A stretch of DNA of 64,000 nt. Origin: Patescibacteria group bacterium (GTDB taxonomy: Bacteria; Bacteroidota; Ignavibacteria; Kapaibacteriales; Kapaibacteriaceae). The notes below the pieces were generated by a model, which was given only the letters and a program-made list of their open reading frames with translations, was not told where the DNA came from and did no database searches. Position numbers and translations under genes: made by a program. Where the stretch lies: contig JBILLF010000003.1 of assembly GCA_044376225.1 (NCBI GenBank), positions 2,754 through 66,753 on the forward strand, written 5' to 3'. The first letter of the stretch is position 1; each line of letters begins with the position of its first letter. Positions 33,601 to 43,765 of the stretch are shown in pieces.

Positions 33601-33713
33601 CCGGCGTTCCGTACGAGCCCGATCGACGGCACATCACTAGGTGTAGCTGTTACAGTACTACCGAACAGCAGCAGCATCCCGATCGAGATGGCCGCGAAAA
33701 AGAGTTTCTGCAT
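30651..33713 (-). CDS. Exported SBBP beta-propeller-repeat protein with Ig-like domains and a T9SS C-terminal sorting domain
   Basis: I prefer the ATG at 33713 (MQKLFFAAISIGMLLLFGSTVTA). Repeated D(G/A)F(V/I) motifs are present (DAFILICD, YDAYVARLD, DGFVAIYS, DGFVLKMS, DGFVIQLA, DGYLTKFS). Two Ig-like repeats occur (YQWRKDGVNISGATSSTY...GRYECV and YQWLKDGSKLPSATAASL...GSYSCDV). The C-terminus LSIEFLDVQGREVLVL...LPDGMYLLRTRNSFGTTALPLLIHR is typical of a T9SS sorting domain. Confidence 0.7.
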   Translation of the reverse strand: MQKLFFAAISIGMLLLFGSTVTATPSDVPSIGLVRNAGQWPQNVLAYSHTKGVDVWVTTTGVLVDEYTVDGDRRTGVVIEEYFAGATVIETPLPSDASTVTFFRNGSDTPIIASASRNDVVAFRFESGAVLNISVSQDGRIMRSVRRGDEPLASSIAIVRRGDVGHSVMDATRAGSFVYGSYLGGAQFDAIAAMEMMPNGSIVVSGTTTQLAYPAGVGGYVKAIKGDHDAFILICDARFQKISAMTFIGGSGTDRVRSLTRDKDNNIYIAVETNSSDMPTTPAAQFKTLKSGYDAYVARLDSTLTKLLSGFYHGGNRDDSPRSIAVDGNGVIYLAGGTMSTANFPNNMPATANVTWQYQDGRDTKTTTVVITSGNLNMGQMDGFVAIYSPTGSMQRSRYYGQGGNEIFTKVAVDGLGYIVLTGTTTSTSFEAIPVAHATWNGRAPYDRTFNGGTTDGFVLKMSSGLTFSQTDGITFATLLGGNREEEPTAMWIDDDGKIYVGGNTTSTNLPTSGSIYPTALGKQDGFVIQLANNGTQVLNGTYFGGNGDDIVRTVRPSGRTSAFLIGGATNSMDFPIEGVGAMTERFGVTDGFFTMMNFASVTQSSLLTGLEADTVVDYLLDFRGDALLAANTTSGNLPTHDSAYSKRVGGSDGYLTKFSPGILEIVTPKGGEVYCVGTSKPLSWDASGVSDTTKFRIEYSQEGSGKWSDVVKSIGGRSYLWKIPSNAVAGSYRIRISTVNGHVSELTTPFMIDVAPTITKQPSAMTVCEGATLTLSVSSSSVAAKYQWRKDGVNISGATSSTYSSDKATTAAAGRYECVITGDCPPAVTSQPATVTVTAKTVITAQPAGQTVEEGKSVTLTVAASGSGLTYQWLKDGSKLPSATAASLTIPAATKADEGSYSCDVSDACGTTSSSTALLRVSGSTSVNGDDAVRQTVRILGPQPARDVVSVLVRSSSDDQLSIEFLDVQGREVLVLAAQSVSPGEQTLAVSVRELPDGMYLLRTRNSFGTTALPLLIHR

Positions 33714-33835
33714 TGGGGACCCAAGTATTACCAATGCGCAAAATAACTCGTGTGGGCCGCATAGCCTACGCTATAGACCGCAATCTGGCGGCCTCTAGGC
33801 TGCGGTAGACGTAACAATTTGCCAGGGATGGCGCA

Positions 33836-34564
33836 CTACCGTGTCAGAAAGTCCATCTGCACAGTGATGCTAGCAGTTTTCTTGCGGCTTGTTGTGTTAA
33901 AAGCGCCACCCCAGGTGTACTCTTCGTCACTATTGGGAGCTGTTATCTGAAATGTTCCCATGTTGGCCTGATACAGTTTTCCGAGGCTGCCTCCGGAGTT
34001 GACAGCAATTGCCTTGGCCCTTTCCATTCCATCAGCTGAGGCCTGCTTGAGGAGGTCTATTTTGAGATCCTTGAGCTTTGAGTAGTAATACTTTGGGACC
34101 TCAGACTGCAGTGCCAGACCAGTGTTTAGAAGCTCGGAGATTTCTCGGCTGACCATTTCGATGTGATCGACGTTACGGCTCTCAATTTTGACTGTCTGCG
34201 TGAGAAGATACCCGTCAAACTTCGAGACCAGATTATCACCTACAGGTACCTCGGTCGTTGCCTTCTTGATTTCAACGGCTCCAATGACGACTTCCTTAGA
34301 ATTGACGCCTTTCTGTGCTAGATAGCTGCGGACGGCATCTGCATCATTTCTGATCATCGAGTACGCCTGATTCAGCTCCATTGCCTTGCGCTCAAATGTT
34401 CCCTGCCAGACAATAACGTCGCTCAAGAAATCAACCTGGGCAAGGCCAGTTACCGATATCTGCTCACGCTTTGACATCGACGACATAATGGTATAGGCTA
34501 CTATCGACGCGGCTGTGACGATGGAAACAGCAAGAAGTGTGGTAGGCAACCATTCACGTTTCAT
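33836..34564 (-). CDS. SIMPL (DUF541) domain protein, membrane-anchored/periplasmic
   Basis: 242 aa with an N-terminal TM. ISVTGLAQVDFLSDVIVWQGTF..., AYSMIRNDADAVRSYLAQKGV and a C-terminal ...ASITVQMDFL resemble the SIMPL family. Confidence 0.65.
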   Translation of the reverse strand: MKREWLPTTLLAVSIVTAASIVAYTIMSSMSKREQISVTGLAQVDFLSDVIVWQGTFERKAMELNQAYSMIRNDADAVRSYLAQKGVNSKEVVIGAVEIKKATTEVPVGDNLVSKFDGYLLTQTVKIESRNVDHIEMVSREISELLNTGLALQSEVPKYYYSKLKDLKIDLLKQASADGMERAKAIAVNSGGSLGKLYQANMGTFQITAPNSDEEYTWGGAFNTTSRKKTASITVQMDFLTR

Positions 34565-34593
34565 GGGGACTCTCCGTAACAGATTCTAAAAGG

Positions 34594-35745
34594 GTGACTA
34601 TTATTGATGCGATGAAAAGGAACAACATTCAACTGTTTGTCCATGATCTTACGGACGCCGCCGTCAAACGACGTGTTGAGATGCTCAACCTTGCAGGTGC
34701 GGACGTCAGTGTCGTTGGTTTCGTGCGTGATCCGGATCGACTGCCCAATTTTTCAGCAACGACTGTTCTGGGAGTAACCCACAACGCGCGCTTTCTACAT
34801 CGAATCGGCATTGTCGCAGCTCAGGCCTTGCGGCTCTTCTTTCGACGCACTAGGATTCATTCCTGTGATGTAATTATTGCCCGAAATCTTGAAATGCTGC
34901 TGTTGGCACAGATAGTCAGTCTGCGCTCACCAAATCATGTACCGGTCATCTACGAATGTCTCGACGTCCACCGGCTCATGCTTGGAAAGGGGCTCGTTTC
35001 CTCTGTGCTCCGGCATCTCGAACGGTCACTATTGGGCAGATCTGCTGGACTTATCACAAGCTCTCCAGCCTACGTTCAGGAGTATTTTCATTCGATCGCC
35101 AAAGTATTTCCAAAGGTGATCCTCATCGAAAATCAGGTCTTCGGCTTGCCGGTCATCACAAGCCCCCTACAAGTAGTTTCGGGTCCTCCCTGGACCATCG
35201 CCTGGAACGGGGCAATTCGCTGTGCAAAAAGTATAGACATCCTGCGTCGTGCAGCTGCCTTCGGCAATGGTCGTATCCTGGTTGTGATCAACGGTAAGGT
35301 GTCCTACGATCAGATCCCTGATTTCGATGCGATCGTCGCAGAATCCCCATGGATCGAGTTTCGTGGAGCTTACCGCTACCCCGATGATCTCGAGACCATC
35401 TATTCAACAGCTCATTTCAACTGGACCATTGACATGTTCTGGGAGGGTCAGAACTCAACATGGGCGCTAGCTAATCGCATCTACGAGGGAGGCCGGGCCG
35501 GTGTGGTACCGATTGCCCAGGCATCGGTCGAAACTGGGAGGTACTATAAGCGTCTCGGCATTGGGATGCTACTTGACGACTTAAGCCCACAAGCCCTTTG
35601 TGACCGCCTTACGTCGCTGGACATGTGCACGTATCAGCAACTCCGCGATGAGTGCCTTCGCGTTGATCCAGAAACTTGGACTCTGACCTCTGAAGGCGCT
35701 CGAGAAGTCCTTGAGGAGATTCAAGCAGTTGCCGGTCTATCGTAA
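34594..35745 (+). CDS. Putative glycosyltransferase-like protein (GT-B-like); family uncertain
   Basis: The N-terminus IQLFVHDLTDAAVKRRVEMLNLAGADVSVVGFVRD resembles an uncharacterised group-1-like GT family I recall from Proteobacteria. GTG start at 34594, with an ATG alternative at 34612. Confidence 0.4.
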   Translation: MTIIDAMKRNNIQLFVHDLTDAAVKRRVEMLNLAGADVSVVGFVRDPDRLPNFSATTVLGVTHNARFLHRIGIVAAQALRLFFRRTRIHSCDVIIARNLEMLLLAQIVSLRSPNHVPVIYECLDVHRLMLGKGLVSSVLRHLERSLLGRSAGLITSSPAYVQEYFHSIAKVFPKVILIENQVFGLPVITSPLQVVSGPPWTIAWNGAIRCAKSIDILRRAAAFGNGRILVVINGKVSYDQIPDFDAIVAESPWIEFRGAYRYPDDLETIYSTAHFNWTIDMFWEGQNSTWALANRIYEGGRAGVVPIAQASVETGRYYKRLGIGMLLDDLSPQALCDRLTSLDMCTYQQLRDECLRVDPETWTLTSEGAREVLEEIQAVAGLS

Positions 35746-36444
35746 TCTCTTCTTGGGTTGTGATGCACATGTTCGGATCGTTTCAACATACAACCGGACG
35801 TAGTCACTGACCTGACTGCGGCGGTACTGCATGATGTAGCGGGGATGATCAAGGTAGATCACTTCGCTGACCCCGACCTGCTCACGAACATTTTTCTCCA
35901 TGAAGGTCCTGAGCTTGCCCGACCCCAACAAGATCGTCGTGTCTTTCCGCACGCCGGCATCGAAGATCTTGCGCATCCATGTGATGATCTGCGGGGTCAT
36001 GGTGCGCTCAAGTTCTCGATCATCATAGAAGTTGATGTTTGCCTCATTACGGATGAATCCGAGCGGAGAGAGTGCCGACATGAACACATCATCATAAAAC
36101 ATGGTAGGTCCACCGTAGGCTTCAATCACCATCGAGATAAACTCCGCCGACATTTCGCGGCGTCCTGTGACGGTTGTAGGAATACCGAGATCGTGCTCTA
36201 CAGCCCATGGGTCCGTGAATGCAAGCCCCGTAAGACCAGCCCCAAAACGTCCAGGGTTAATACCCAAGACTCCGATACGGGGACCGGTAGACGCGTAGTA
36301 GCGGATGCACATTTCATGCACCACTCGACGCACCTCGTCACTGCTGTAGGGAAAGAGAACCTCGACTCCTTCTGGCAAAACTCCATCGATCGACAGGGTC
36401 GTGAGAAATGTCTCGACGAAACGGCCGAAAGATCTAGAAACCAT
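35737..36444 (-). CDS. Uracil-DNA glycosylase superfamily protein (SMUG-like / DUF4918-like)
   Basis: GINPGRFGAGLTGLAFTDP resembles SMUG motif 1 (GMNPGPWGMAQTGVPF). I prefer the ATG at 36444, which overlaps the M32 gene end by 11 nt. Confidence 0.55.
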   Translation of the reverse strand: MVSRSFGRFVETFLTTLSIDGVLPEGVEVLFPYSSDEVRRVVHEMCIRYYASTGPRIGVLGINPGRFGAGLTGLAFTDPWAVEHDLGIPTTVTGRREMSAEFISMVIEAYGGPTMFYDDVFMSALSPLGFIRNEANINFYDDRELERTMTPQIITWMRKIFDAGVRKDTTILLGSGKLRTFMEKNVREQVGVSEVIYLDHPRYIMQYRRSQVSDYVRLYVETIRTCASQPKKRLR

Positions 36445-37930
36445 AGACGTCGCGGGCCTTAGCACCGACGTAGTCGAGGAAATCCTTTGCTGTTAGGGGG
36501 CGGCCACAGACGCGTCGAACGATCTCGTCTGGAGTCTCGGTCCGGCCATGACGGTGGATCTTCTCTCGCAGCCATACCAGGATAGGAGCAAAATCACCGT
36601 GGGAGATAAGCTTCCGGACGTCAGGGATCTCAGCCTGCATGGCATTCCATTCCATCGCAGCATAGAGCTTACCCAGGGTGTAGGACGGGAAGTACCCAAT
36701 CCCACCGAATGACCAGTGAACGTCCTGAAGACAACCTTCGGCATCACTTGGTGGAACCACCCCAAGCGACGATTGCATCTTTTCATTCCAAACCGCTGGG
36801 ATATCCTTTACGCTGAGGGTGCCGGCAATGAGCTCGCGTTCGATTTCAAAGCGGAGAATGATGTGCAAGTTGTAGGTGAGCTCATCGCTTTCGACGCGGT
36901 TGAGCGACGGACGCATGACGTTGATAGCCTGGTAGAAAGAACGTACGGTCTGATCGGCCAACTGCTCGGGAAACTGCTTCTGCAGGATTGGGAAGGCCCA
37001 TGTCCAGAACTCTTCTGAACGAGCAATGACGTTTTCCCAGAAGAGCGACTGCGATTCGTGGATGCCCATGCTGGCTCCACCACCGGCTGCTGTCCGGTTA
37101 AGGTCGTCGGCAATCCCCTGCTCGTACATCCCATGTCCAGCCTCATGTACAAGGCCAAACAGACATGAACGTAGGTCGTTATCGCGAATCCTCGTCGTCA
37201 AACGCACATCACGGTTACCAAAATTGGTGCAGAACGGATGTGCCGAGAGATCGACGCGCCCCGTCGACAGGTCAAAACCCAACGATGTTATGATAGATGT
37301 CGCCAGATCCTTCTGCTGCGCGGCGGGATAGGATCGATACAGCACGTCATCAGAAACACGGTCTTGAACCTGACTGATCGACTGGATCAGTTCGACAGTA
37401 CCTGCACGGAGCTCATCAAACACCGGCGTTACATTGGCTACCGTGAGTCCAGGTTCAAACTGATCGAGCAGGTTGTCATACGGATGTGCTGCCGGTCCTA
37501 AAAGATCCGCTTCACGCCGTTTCAGCTCGACAATTCGCTCGAGAAGGGGCTGAAAGATGCTGAAGTCTGAGTTCGCACGGGCTCGTTTCCACGCATCCTG
37601 GGCCATGGAAGCCGTGCGAGCCATGTCTTCAACATGTTCTCCCGGAAGCTTCTTAGCCATGTCATAATCACGCAGAAACATAGCAGCAACCCGGCGCTGG
37701 CGATCATCGTAATCTGCCATCTCCGATCGAACTCGTTCGGCAACATTTGTTGCACGCTCACCCGTAACAGTCTCGTGCACGAGTCCCGAGAGCGTGGCGA
37801 GTTGTTCTGCACGTCCGCTGACAGATCCATCTGGCATGTACGTTTCTTGATCCCAGCCTAGCAAGGAAGCTGCCGCACCAAGATCTGCAGCGGTATTCAT
37901 AACACGTTGCAACTCTGCATACGCACTCAT
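36434..37930 (-). CDS. Carboxypeptidase Taq-type metallopeptidase (family M32)
   Basis: HEAGHGMYEQG (HExxH), GIHESQSLFWEN and RVESDELTYNLHIILRFEIE are present, and the length is typical. Confidence 0.9.
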   Translation of the reverse strand: MSAYAELQRVMNTAADLGAAASLLGWDQETYMPDGSVSGRAEQLATLSGLVHETVTGERATNVAERVRSEMADYDDRQRRVAAMFLRDYDMAKKLPGEHVEDMARTASMAQDAWKRARANSDFSIFQPLLERIVELKRREADLLGPAAHPYDNLLDQFEPGLTVANVTPVFDELRAGTVELIQSISQVQDRVSDDVLYRSYPAAQQKDLATSIITSLGFDLSTGRVDLSAHPFCTNFGNRDVRLTTRIRDNDLRSCLFGLVHEAGHGMYEQGIADDLNRTAAGGGASMGIHESQSLFWENVIARSEEFWTWAFPILQKQFPEQLADQTVRSFYQAINVMRPSLNRVESDELTYNLHIILRFEIERELIAGTLSVKDIPAVWNEKMQSSLGVVPPSDAEGCLQDVHWSFGGIGYFPSYTLGKLYAAMEWNAMQAEIPDVRKLISHGDFAPILVWLREKIHRHGRTETPDEIVRRVCGRPLTAKDFLDYVGAKARDVYGF

Positions 37931-37950
37931 GGTCTCTCCGATGAAAGAGG

Positions 37951-38997
37951 TCAGATGATCATCAACGCATCGCCATAGGCAAACAGACGGTAGTCTGATT
38001 TCATCGCGCGCTTGTACGCCTTGAACATAGCATCCTTGCCACCGGCAAAGGCCGTTGCAACGAGCAAGGACGGTGAGGCCGGCTGGTGGAAGTTGGTAAT
38101 GAAGCGGTTGGCGATCTTAAACTCGTATGGCGGATGGATGAACTTATCCGTCCAACCTCTGTTTGGCTTGACGATACCGCTGGTAAGCACGCTCGACTCG
38201 AGGGCTCGCACAACGCTGCAACCAACGGCATAGACATTGCGCTTTGATTTGAGAGCCTTGTTGATGACGTCAGCCGAGTCTTTGGTGATCTCAAAATACT
38301 CGCTGTACATGCGGTGCTTGGTGAGGTCTTCAACTTCAATGGTTTCAAACACGCCCTGACCGATATTCAGCTGAACGGTGGCGATCTTGACACCTTTCTT
38401 TTCAGCTGCTTTCAGCAACTTCTCCGAGAAGTGCAGACCCGCAGTTGGCGGTGCGATCGACCCTACCTTCGAAGGATTGGCGAAAACACATTGGTAATCC
38501 TTCTTGTCGTCCTCGGTCGGCTCCCGCTTGATGTATTCCGGAATTGGCATCTGACCGATAGTTTCGATCACTTCGTGAAGGTCACCGTCATAGGAAAAGC
38601 GGACCGTTCGCCCCCTGGACGTCGTGTTGTCGATGATCTCACAGTAGAATCGATTGTTATCGAAGTAGATCTTGTTTCCGATACGAACCTTACGCGCAGG
38701 CTCCACCAGCACATCCCAGATTCGCTCTTGGGCCTTGAGCTCGCGAAGAAGCATGACCTCGATCTTGGCGTTGGTCTTCTCTTTCTTACCGAAAAGACGG
38801 GCCGGAAACACCTTGGTGTCGTTGAGAACGATCACGTCCCCGGCGTTCATGTAGGAAATGATGTCTTTAAACGTTTTGTCCTGGATTTCGCCCGTTTCAC
38901 GGTTCATCACCATCATTTTGGCGCTTTCACGGGGCTTGACCGGATTTTTAGCGATAGAGTTCTTCGGAACGGAGAATTTGAACTCGGAGAGCTTCAT
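37951..38997 (-). CDS. queA: S-adenosylmethionine:tRNA ribosyltransferase-isomerase
   Basis: MKLSEFKFSVPKNSIAKNPVKPRESAKMMV..., VLNDTKVFPARLFG, PTAGLHF and RALES are typical of QueA. Confidence 0.9.
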   Translation of the reverse strand: MKLSEFKFSVPKNSIAKNPVKPRESAKMMVMNRETGEIQDKTFKDIISYMNAGDVIVLNDTKVFPARLFGKKEKTNAKIEVMLLRELKAQERIWDVLVEPARKVRIGNKIYFDNNRFYCEIIDNTTSRGRTVRFSYDGDLHEVIETIGQMPIPEYIKREPTEDDKKDYQCVFANPSKVGSIAPPTAGLHFSEKLLKAAEKKGVKIATVQLNIGQGVFETIEVEDLTKHRMYSEYFEITKDSADVINKALKSKRNVYAVGCSVVRALESSVLTSGIVKPNRGWTDKFIHPPYEFKIANRFITNFHQPASPSLLVATAFAGGKDAMFKAYKRAMKSDYRLFAYGDALMII

Positions 38998-39028
38998 TGA
39001 GGGGCAGTCTCACAGTGAGGAAAGACGG

Positions 39029-39036
39029 CAAAGATA
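39029..39036 (-). promoter_or_regulatory. Candidate -7 promoter box TATCTTTG upstream of queA
   Basis: The minus strand reads AATCGCCGTATCTTTGCCGTCTTTCC, about 31 nt upstream of the queA ATG. The 15-mer is identical to the one at 1431-1445. Confidence 0.4.
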
Positions 39037-39078
39037 CGGCGATTTCAGGCCGAGTGCCACCTTTTTCGTTCTTTTCCC

Positions 39079-40488
39079 TTAGCGATACCAGACAAGGTTG
39101 AGAAGGTGTTCAACCTGGATCACAACAACTATTAAGAGCAATATTATCAACTGGTTGCGCCGTTTTACCCAACTAGCCATAACGCCACTCTCGGCGCCGC
39201 GTGGCCTTGCAAACACGGCGGCGGTGGCACAGATCATCACCGGAACGAACGGCAAATGGTACTTGGCAAGTGAAAAAGCCAGGATGTGCGGTGCCATAAT
39301 GGATAGCAGCACTCCGATCTGAAAAGCTCGCGAGAGCCCCATTGACGAACCATCAACGACCAAATAGAACAGCCAGCCGAGCAGGACGAGGAGATAAAGT
39401 CCTCCCTCGACGGCCATTACAGAAGCAAACACTCTGTCTGAATAGCCGAAAACGAGCTGCATCTCCCGCGCAGCCGTGTAATCGCAACCAAAAAAGCCCC
39501 TTACCCTGTTTGACATGCGCCAGAGAGTTCGAAGCGGATTATCCAGCATGTACGCCTGTGCAGAATCCAGCATCAACCGCCGTTGTGCGACCGTGGCGGA
39601 TTCGGCAGTCTCGGCTGTGAAGAACTGACGGATGTAGGCCTGAGCAGACGTATCAAGATCTGCAATGGCTCGTTGACCAAAGTGGCCGGTCTTGTAATCC
39701 GGCGTGTGAGCATTATTGGCCAACAGGACATTCCACTCTGAGTTTGTGGCCAGAGTCAGGCCGTGTCCTCGAGAGGCATGAAACAATCCCACAGGAAGGC
39801 AAAAGGTGGCAAGGATCATTCCAAGGATAACAAAAGGCCTGTAAATCCTCCGTAACACTCTCTCGGTTCGTGGAGTCGAGAACCACGTCATCGCAACGAT
39901 AACAACAGGTAACAGGAGTGTACCGGGCCGCACCAGTACCACTGCACTGCACGCAAGGCCGCAAGCGAACCACCATCCTGTTGAGTCATGCCTTCGAGCA
40001 CGAACGGCCGATGCGATCGATAAACTCACCAGTGAAGCCGCTAAGGGTAGAGACGAGATCTGCGCTGTGGAAAGCAGCACGTGTGGGTAGACCGCAGAGA
40101 TGAGGGCGGCAATGAATACTGCGCGCGACGATGCAAGAATTGTTTGAGCAAGAAAGACGGTACTTACAAGGAATAGCAGCCCAATCAGAAAGCCGGCAAG
40201 ATGTTCACTGAACAGTGAAAAGCCGGCCAACGCGAATACTGGTAAAGTGAAGAAAGCTGTACCGGGTGGGAAGTAGAAGTGATCGACGGTGCCCGAGAGT
40301 ATTGAACGTGCCTGCTCGACATATGCCGGACCGTCCCCCATTTGCGGCATAGATCCCAACGGGCCAAACACAACGATCAGCCGCAGAACGACTCCAACTG
40401 CAATCACCATCAGTATTCGATGGTTCCAGCACGCCGCACTGGCTGATTTTTCATCAACGGACACTGTCATCCTGCGAATATCGTGCAT
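39079..40488 (-). CDS. Polytopic membrane glycosyltransferase-like protein (GT39/ArnT/PMT_2-like)
   Basis: It has more than 10 hydrophobic helices and an N-terminal loop [14 protein letters not shown]...[18 protein letters not shown] typical of ArnT/PMT-like enzymes. I prefer the ATG at 40488 or 40470; the ORF-track start at 40728 would overlap uvrB. Confidence 0.5.
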   Translation of the reverse strand: MHDIRRMTVSVDEKSASAACWNHRILMVIAVGVVLRLIVVFGPLGSMPQMGDGPAYVEQARSILSGTVDHFYFPPGTAFFTLPVFALAGFSLFSEHLAGFLIGLLFLVSTVFLAQTILASSRAVFIAALISAVYPHVLLSTAQISSLPLAASLVSLSIASAVRARRHDSTGWWFACGLACSAVVLVRPGTLLLPVVIVAMTWFSTPRTERVLRRIYRPFVILGMILATFCLPVGLFHASRGHGLTLATNSEWNVLLANNAHTPDYKTGHFGQRAIADLDTSAQAYIRQFFTAETAESATVAQRRLMLDSAQAYMLDNPLRTLWRMSNRVRGFFGCDYTAAREMQLVFGYSDRVFASVMAVEGGLYLLVLLGWLFYLVVDGSSMGLSRAFQIGVLLSIMAPHILAFSLAKYHLPFVPVMICATAAVFARPRGAESGVMASWVKRRNQLIILLLIVVVIQVEHLLNLVWYR

Positions 40489-40531
40489 AGACCGTACGTT
40501 CGCAGTTTGTACCCCGACGAAAAGCCAGATC

Positions 40532-42565
40532 ATGCCGGATTTTGAACTAGTAACCAAATACCTGCCGAGTGGAGACCAGCCTAAGGCGATAGACGAGCTC
40601 GTCGATGGTCTGGAAACGGGCAGACGAGAGCAGACACTGCTCGGCGTGACCGGATCCGGCAAGACGTTCACAATGTCAAACGTCATTAAACGCGTACAGA
40701 AGCCGACGCTGGTGATTTCCCCCAACAAAACACTTGCGGCCCAGCTTTATGGTGAGTTCAAGTCGTTCTTCCCGAACAACGCCGTCGAGTTCTTCATTTC
40801 CTACTACGACTATTACCAGCCCGAGGCCTACGTACCTTCGTCAGATCTGTTTATCGAGAAGGATTTCTCGATAAACGATGAGATCGACCGGTTACGTCTT
40901 CGAGCAACAACTGCGCTAGTGGAAGGTCGGCGCGATGTCATCGTTGTAGCCTCGGTCTCCTGCATCTACGGCATCGGTGCGAAAGCTGATTTCAAGGACC
41001 AGCTGTTTCTAATTAAGACGGGCATGGAGCTCACGCGTCAGCGACTGCTGTACAGACTCAATGACATCCACTACACACGCAATGATTTTGAGTTCTCCAG
41101 GGGGACATTTCGTGTGAGAGGTGACGTTGTTGATATCATGCCTGCTGACGAAGACCAGAAAGCTATACGTGTAGAGCTCTTCGATGACGTCGTGGAACGT
41201 GTTTCATGGATCGACCGTCGTGAAGGAAAAGTCATAGAGCGAGTCGAGAGTATCCTGCTCTATCCCGCACGACTGTTTGTGACCTCACAGACACAACTTG
41301 CACGGGCCATGAACGACATCAAAGACGAGCTGGTCTCAAGACTCAAGGAGCTCCGTGAGATCGATAAACTTCTTGAGGCCCAGCGACTGGAGCAGCGCAC
41401 TCAATACGACCTCGAGATGATGAAAGAGGTCGGGTACTGTTCGGGCATCGAAAACTATTCGATGCACCTTTCGGGAAGAATTCCCGGCGATCCTCCGAAC
41501 TGTCTCATGGATTACTTTCCTGATGATTTCCTGTTGGTTATCGACGAGAGCCACGTGACGATTCCACAGCTTCGCGCCATGTATAATGGGGACCGACAGC
41601 GCAAGATGACTCTCGTCGAACACGGATTTCGCCTGCCAAGTGCGCTCGAAAATCGCCCTCTGAGGTTTGAGGAGTTCGAATCACACATTCACCAGGCGAT
41701 CTATGTCTCAGCAACACCCGGTGATTACGAGTTCGAACGGTGCATGGGCGCTGTTACGGAACAGGTCATTAGACCAACGGGGCTTCTAGACCCGCGTATC
41801 GAGGTGCGTCCGGTCCGTAACCAGATCGACGATCTCGTTGGAGAGATCCGTTCTCGTGTAAATCGTCAAGAACGCGTACTCGTGACCACGCTAACGAAAC
41901 GTATGGCAGAGGACTTGACGGAGTATTTGCAAAACCTGTCGATTCGTGTTGCATACATTCATAGTGACGTCGATTCCCTAGAACGTGTGGAAATCATCAG
42001 GAATCTTCGTCTCGGGAACTTCGACGTCCTTGTCGGAGTAAATCTTCTTCGTGAGGGACTTGACCTTCCGGAGGTGTCTCTAGTAGCCATTCTGGATGCT
42101 GACCGCGAAGGATTCCTCCGCAGCGAACGCTCTCTGATGCAAACGGCAGGTCGGACTGCACGCAACGCCGAGGGCCTTGTCATCTTCTACGCTGACAACG
42201 TCACACGATCAATGCATGCCGTCATGGAGGAGACCAATAGGCGACGTGAACTACAGCACGCCTACAACATTGAGCACGGAATAGAGCCAAAGACCGTATA
42301 CAAGTCACTCGAGGAGATTCTTGAATCGACAAGCGTCGCAGATATTCAATCATCCCGAGCACATAAGTCTGCAGAGAAATCACGGCAGACGATGAAAGTG
42401 GCAGCAGAGCCCCTTCTCAACTATCTACCTGCCGAAGAGCGTCAGAACGCAATCGATCAGATGTTCGCCGAAATGAAGGCAGCCGCGCGGGATCTAGACT
42501 TTGAACGAGCGGCAAACCTACGCGATGAGATTCAACGCCTACGCGAGCTTCAAGGGGGCTCTTAA
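40532..42565 (+). CDS. uvrB: Excinuclease ABC subunit B
   Basis: I prefer the ATG at 40532 ([27 protein letters not shown]). Walker [21 protein letters not shown], and a C-terminal UVR domain [21 protein letters not shown]. Confidence 0.97.
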   Translation: MPDFELVTKYLPSGDQPKAIDELVDGLETGRREQTLLGVTGSGKTFTMSNVIKRVQKPTLVISPNKTLAAQLYGEFKSFFPNNAVEFFISYYDYYQPEAYVPSSDLFIEKDFSINDEIDRLRLRATTALVEGRRDVIVVASVSCIYGIGAKADFKDQLFLIKTGMELTRQRLLYRLNDIHYTRNDFEFSRGTFRVRGDVVDIMPADEDQKAIRVELFDDVVERVSWIDRREGKVIERVESILLYPARLFVTSQTQLARAMNDIKDELVSRLKELREIDKLLEAQRLEQRTQYDLEMMKEVGYCSGIENYSMHLSGRIPGDPPNCLMDYFPDDFLLVIDESHVTIPQLRAMYNGDRQRKMTLVEHGFRLPSALENRPLRFEEFESHIHQAIYVSATPGDYEFERCMGAVTEQVIRPTGLLDPRIEVRPVRNQIDDLVGEIRSRVNRQERVLVTTLTKRMAEDLTEYLQNLSIRVAYIHSDVDSLERVEIIRNLRLGNFDVLVGVNLLREGLDLPEVSLVAILDADREGFLRSERSLMQTAGRTARNAEGLVIFYADNVTRSMHAVMEETNRRRELQHAYNIEHGIEPKTVYKSLEEILESTSVADIQSSRAHKSAEKSRQTMKVAAEPLLNYLPAEERQNAIDQMFAEMKAAARDLDFERAANLRDEIQRLRELQGGS

Positions 42566-42592
42566 GACACGCAATAGAGGGCTCCAGCGTCG

Positions 42593-42600
42593 TAACTTTG
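42593..42600 (+). promoter_or_regulatory. Candidate -7 promoter box TAACTTTG upstream of the wzz-like gene
   Basis: GCGTCGTAACTTTGCCGAATCG lies 28 nt upstream of the ATG at 42629 and fits CGTAWYTTTGCC. Confidence 0.4.
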
Positions 42601-42628
42601 CCGAATCGCACACTTCAGACCGCACGCT

Positions 42629-43765
42629 ATGACCGAAACGTTCCCCACGGCCGATGTCCTGCGCCATTTACTCCGTTTCAAATGGCTAATCATCGGCCTG
42701 TCTGCCGTGGCAACGATAGCCGGCTACATGTACGCCTACTCTCTTGCACCGTATTTCAAGTCGACAGTAAACTGTGTGCCCCCTTCCTCAGATGTTGGCG
42801 GAATGGGCGGTGCTCTTGGTGGCATCTCATCCACGCTCAAGGACATCGGCCTTGCAAAGCTTGGCGGCAAGTCTGGAGAAAGCTATGAACTGATTGCCCT
42901 GCTATTCTCCCGCACGATCCGTGATTCGATGATCTCCGAGTTCAAGTTGCGAGATGAGTACGGGCTTCATGGTAAGACCATGGACGACGTGCGCGATGAG
43001 TTTGAGGACAACATCGAAGTGAACCTCCATGCCGAAGGCAATTACGAGATCAGCATGTGGAGCAAGGACCCGCAAAAGGCTGTGCAGATGTGCCGCAGTT
43101 TCATCGCCCACGTGAACGACATTTCAAATCGTATCTCTCGTACCGAAGCGACCAAAAATGCGGCCTATCTTGAGACCCGCCTAGCAATGATGGATTCGAC
43201 ACTTGCACTTCTAACGGATTCACTCAGCGAGTACTCCAGAAAGTATCGAGTGTACTCACCTCTCGATCAGGCGTCAGCCTCAGCCAAGGCACTTGCCGAG
43301 GTCAAGGGTGAACTCCTCAAACAGGAAACGCTGCTCGGGATTCTGGAGACGAATTACGGAAAGAATGATCCGCAGGTTCGCAATGCGACGGCCATCGTTG
43401 AGCGGCTGAAGACCCAGTACGAAGAAGCCCAAACTAAACCTGGTTTTGCCGGCAACTTTGCTCTCAGCGATGCGGCCGGTATCGGAGCGTCGTACTTACG
43501 AATGTATGCTGAGTTTGAGGCGTTTACGAAGCTCAAAGCATTTATGCTTCCGACTCTTGAGCAGGCGCGTCTGGACATGAACAAGACCGCTCCGGTACTT
43601 CTTGTGGTCGATGAGCCGGCACCAGCGGAGGAAAAGGACAAACCACGACGCCTGGTCATCGCTCTTGGAGCAGGCATTGGCATGTTTGTCACAATGATCA
43701 TTGCCCTTCTTCTAGGTCGAGCTTGGAAGATGACGATGTCCACCGTCGGAGAGGCACGTGCCTGA
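42629..43765 (+). CDS. Polysaccharide chain-length determinant (Wzz/GumC-like) protein
   Basis: It has an N-terminal TM (LLRFKWLIIGLSAVATIAGYMYAY), a long helical periplasmic region and a C-terminal TM (RRLVIALGAGIGMFVTMIIALLLGRAW). Confidence 0.65.
   Translation: MTETFPTADVLRHLLRFKWLIIGLSAVATIAGYMYAYSLAPYFKSTVNCVPPSSDVGGMGGALGGISSTLKDIGLAKLGGKSGESYELIALLFSRTIRDSMISEFKLRDEYGLHGKTMDDVRDEFEDNIEVNLHAEGNYEISMWSKDPQKAVQMCRSFIAHVNDISNRISRTEATKNAAYLETRLAMMDSTLALLTDSLSEYSRKYRVYSPLDQASASAKALAEVKGELLKQETLLGILETNYGKNDPQVRNATAIVERLKTQYEEAQTKPGFAGNFALSDAAGIGASYLRMYAEFEAFTKLKAFMLPTLEQARLDMNKTAPVLLVVDEPAPAEEKDKPRRLVIALGAGIGMFVTMIIALLLGRAWKMTMSTVGEARA

Noticed and set aside
35845-39000. Long antisense ORFs 35845-36462 (+, 205 aa) and 38314-39000 (+, 228 aa)
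   Set aside because: They lie opposite the UDG-like gene and queA, whose translations carry family motifs. The antisense products have none.
39026-39040. The identical 15-mer CGGCAAAGATACGGC (also at 1431-1445) as a REP/MITE-like mobile repeat
   Set aside because: A few chance 15-mer matches are expected in 64 kb on two strands. There is no extended similarity or inverted-repeat structure around the copies. A promoter-box interpretation is preferred.
40289-40531. 81-codon N-terminal extension of the uvrB ORF as given in the track
   Set aside because: UvrB homology starts at [20 protein letters not shown] (ATG at 40532). The extension overlaps the divergent membrane-protein gene and has no UvrB-like sequence.
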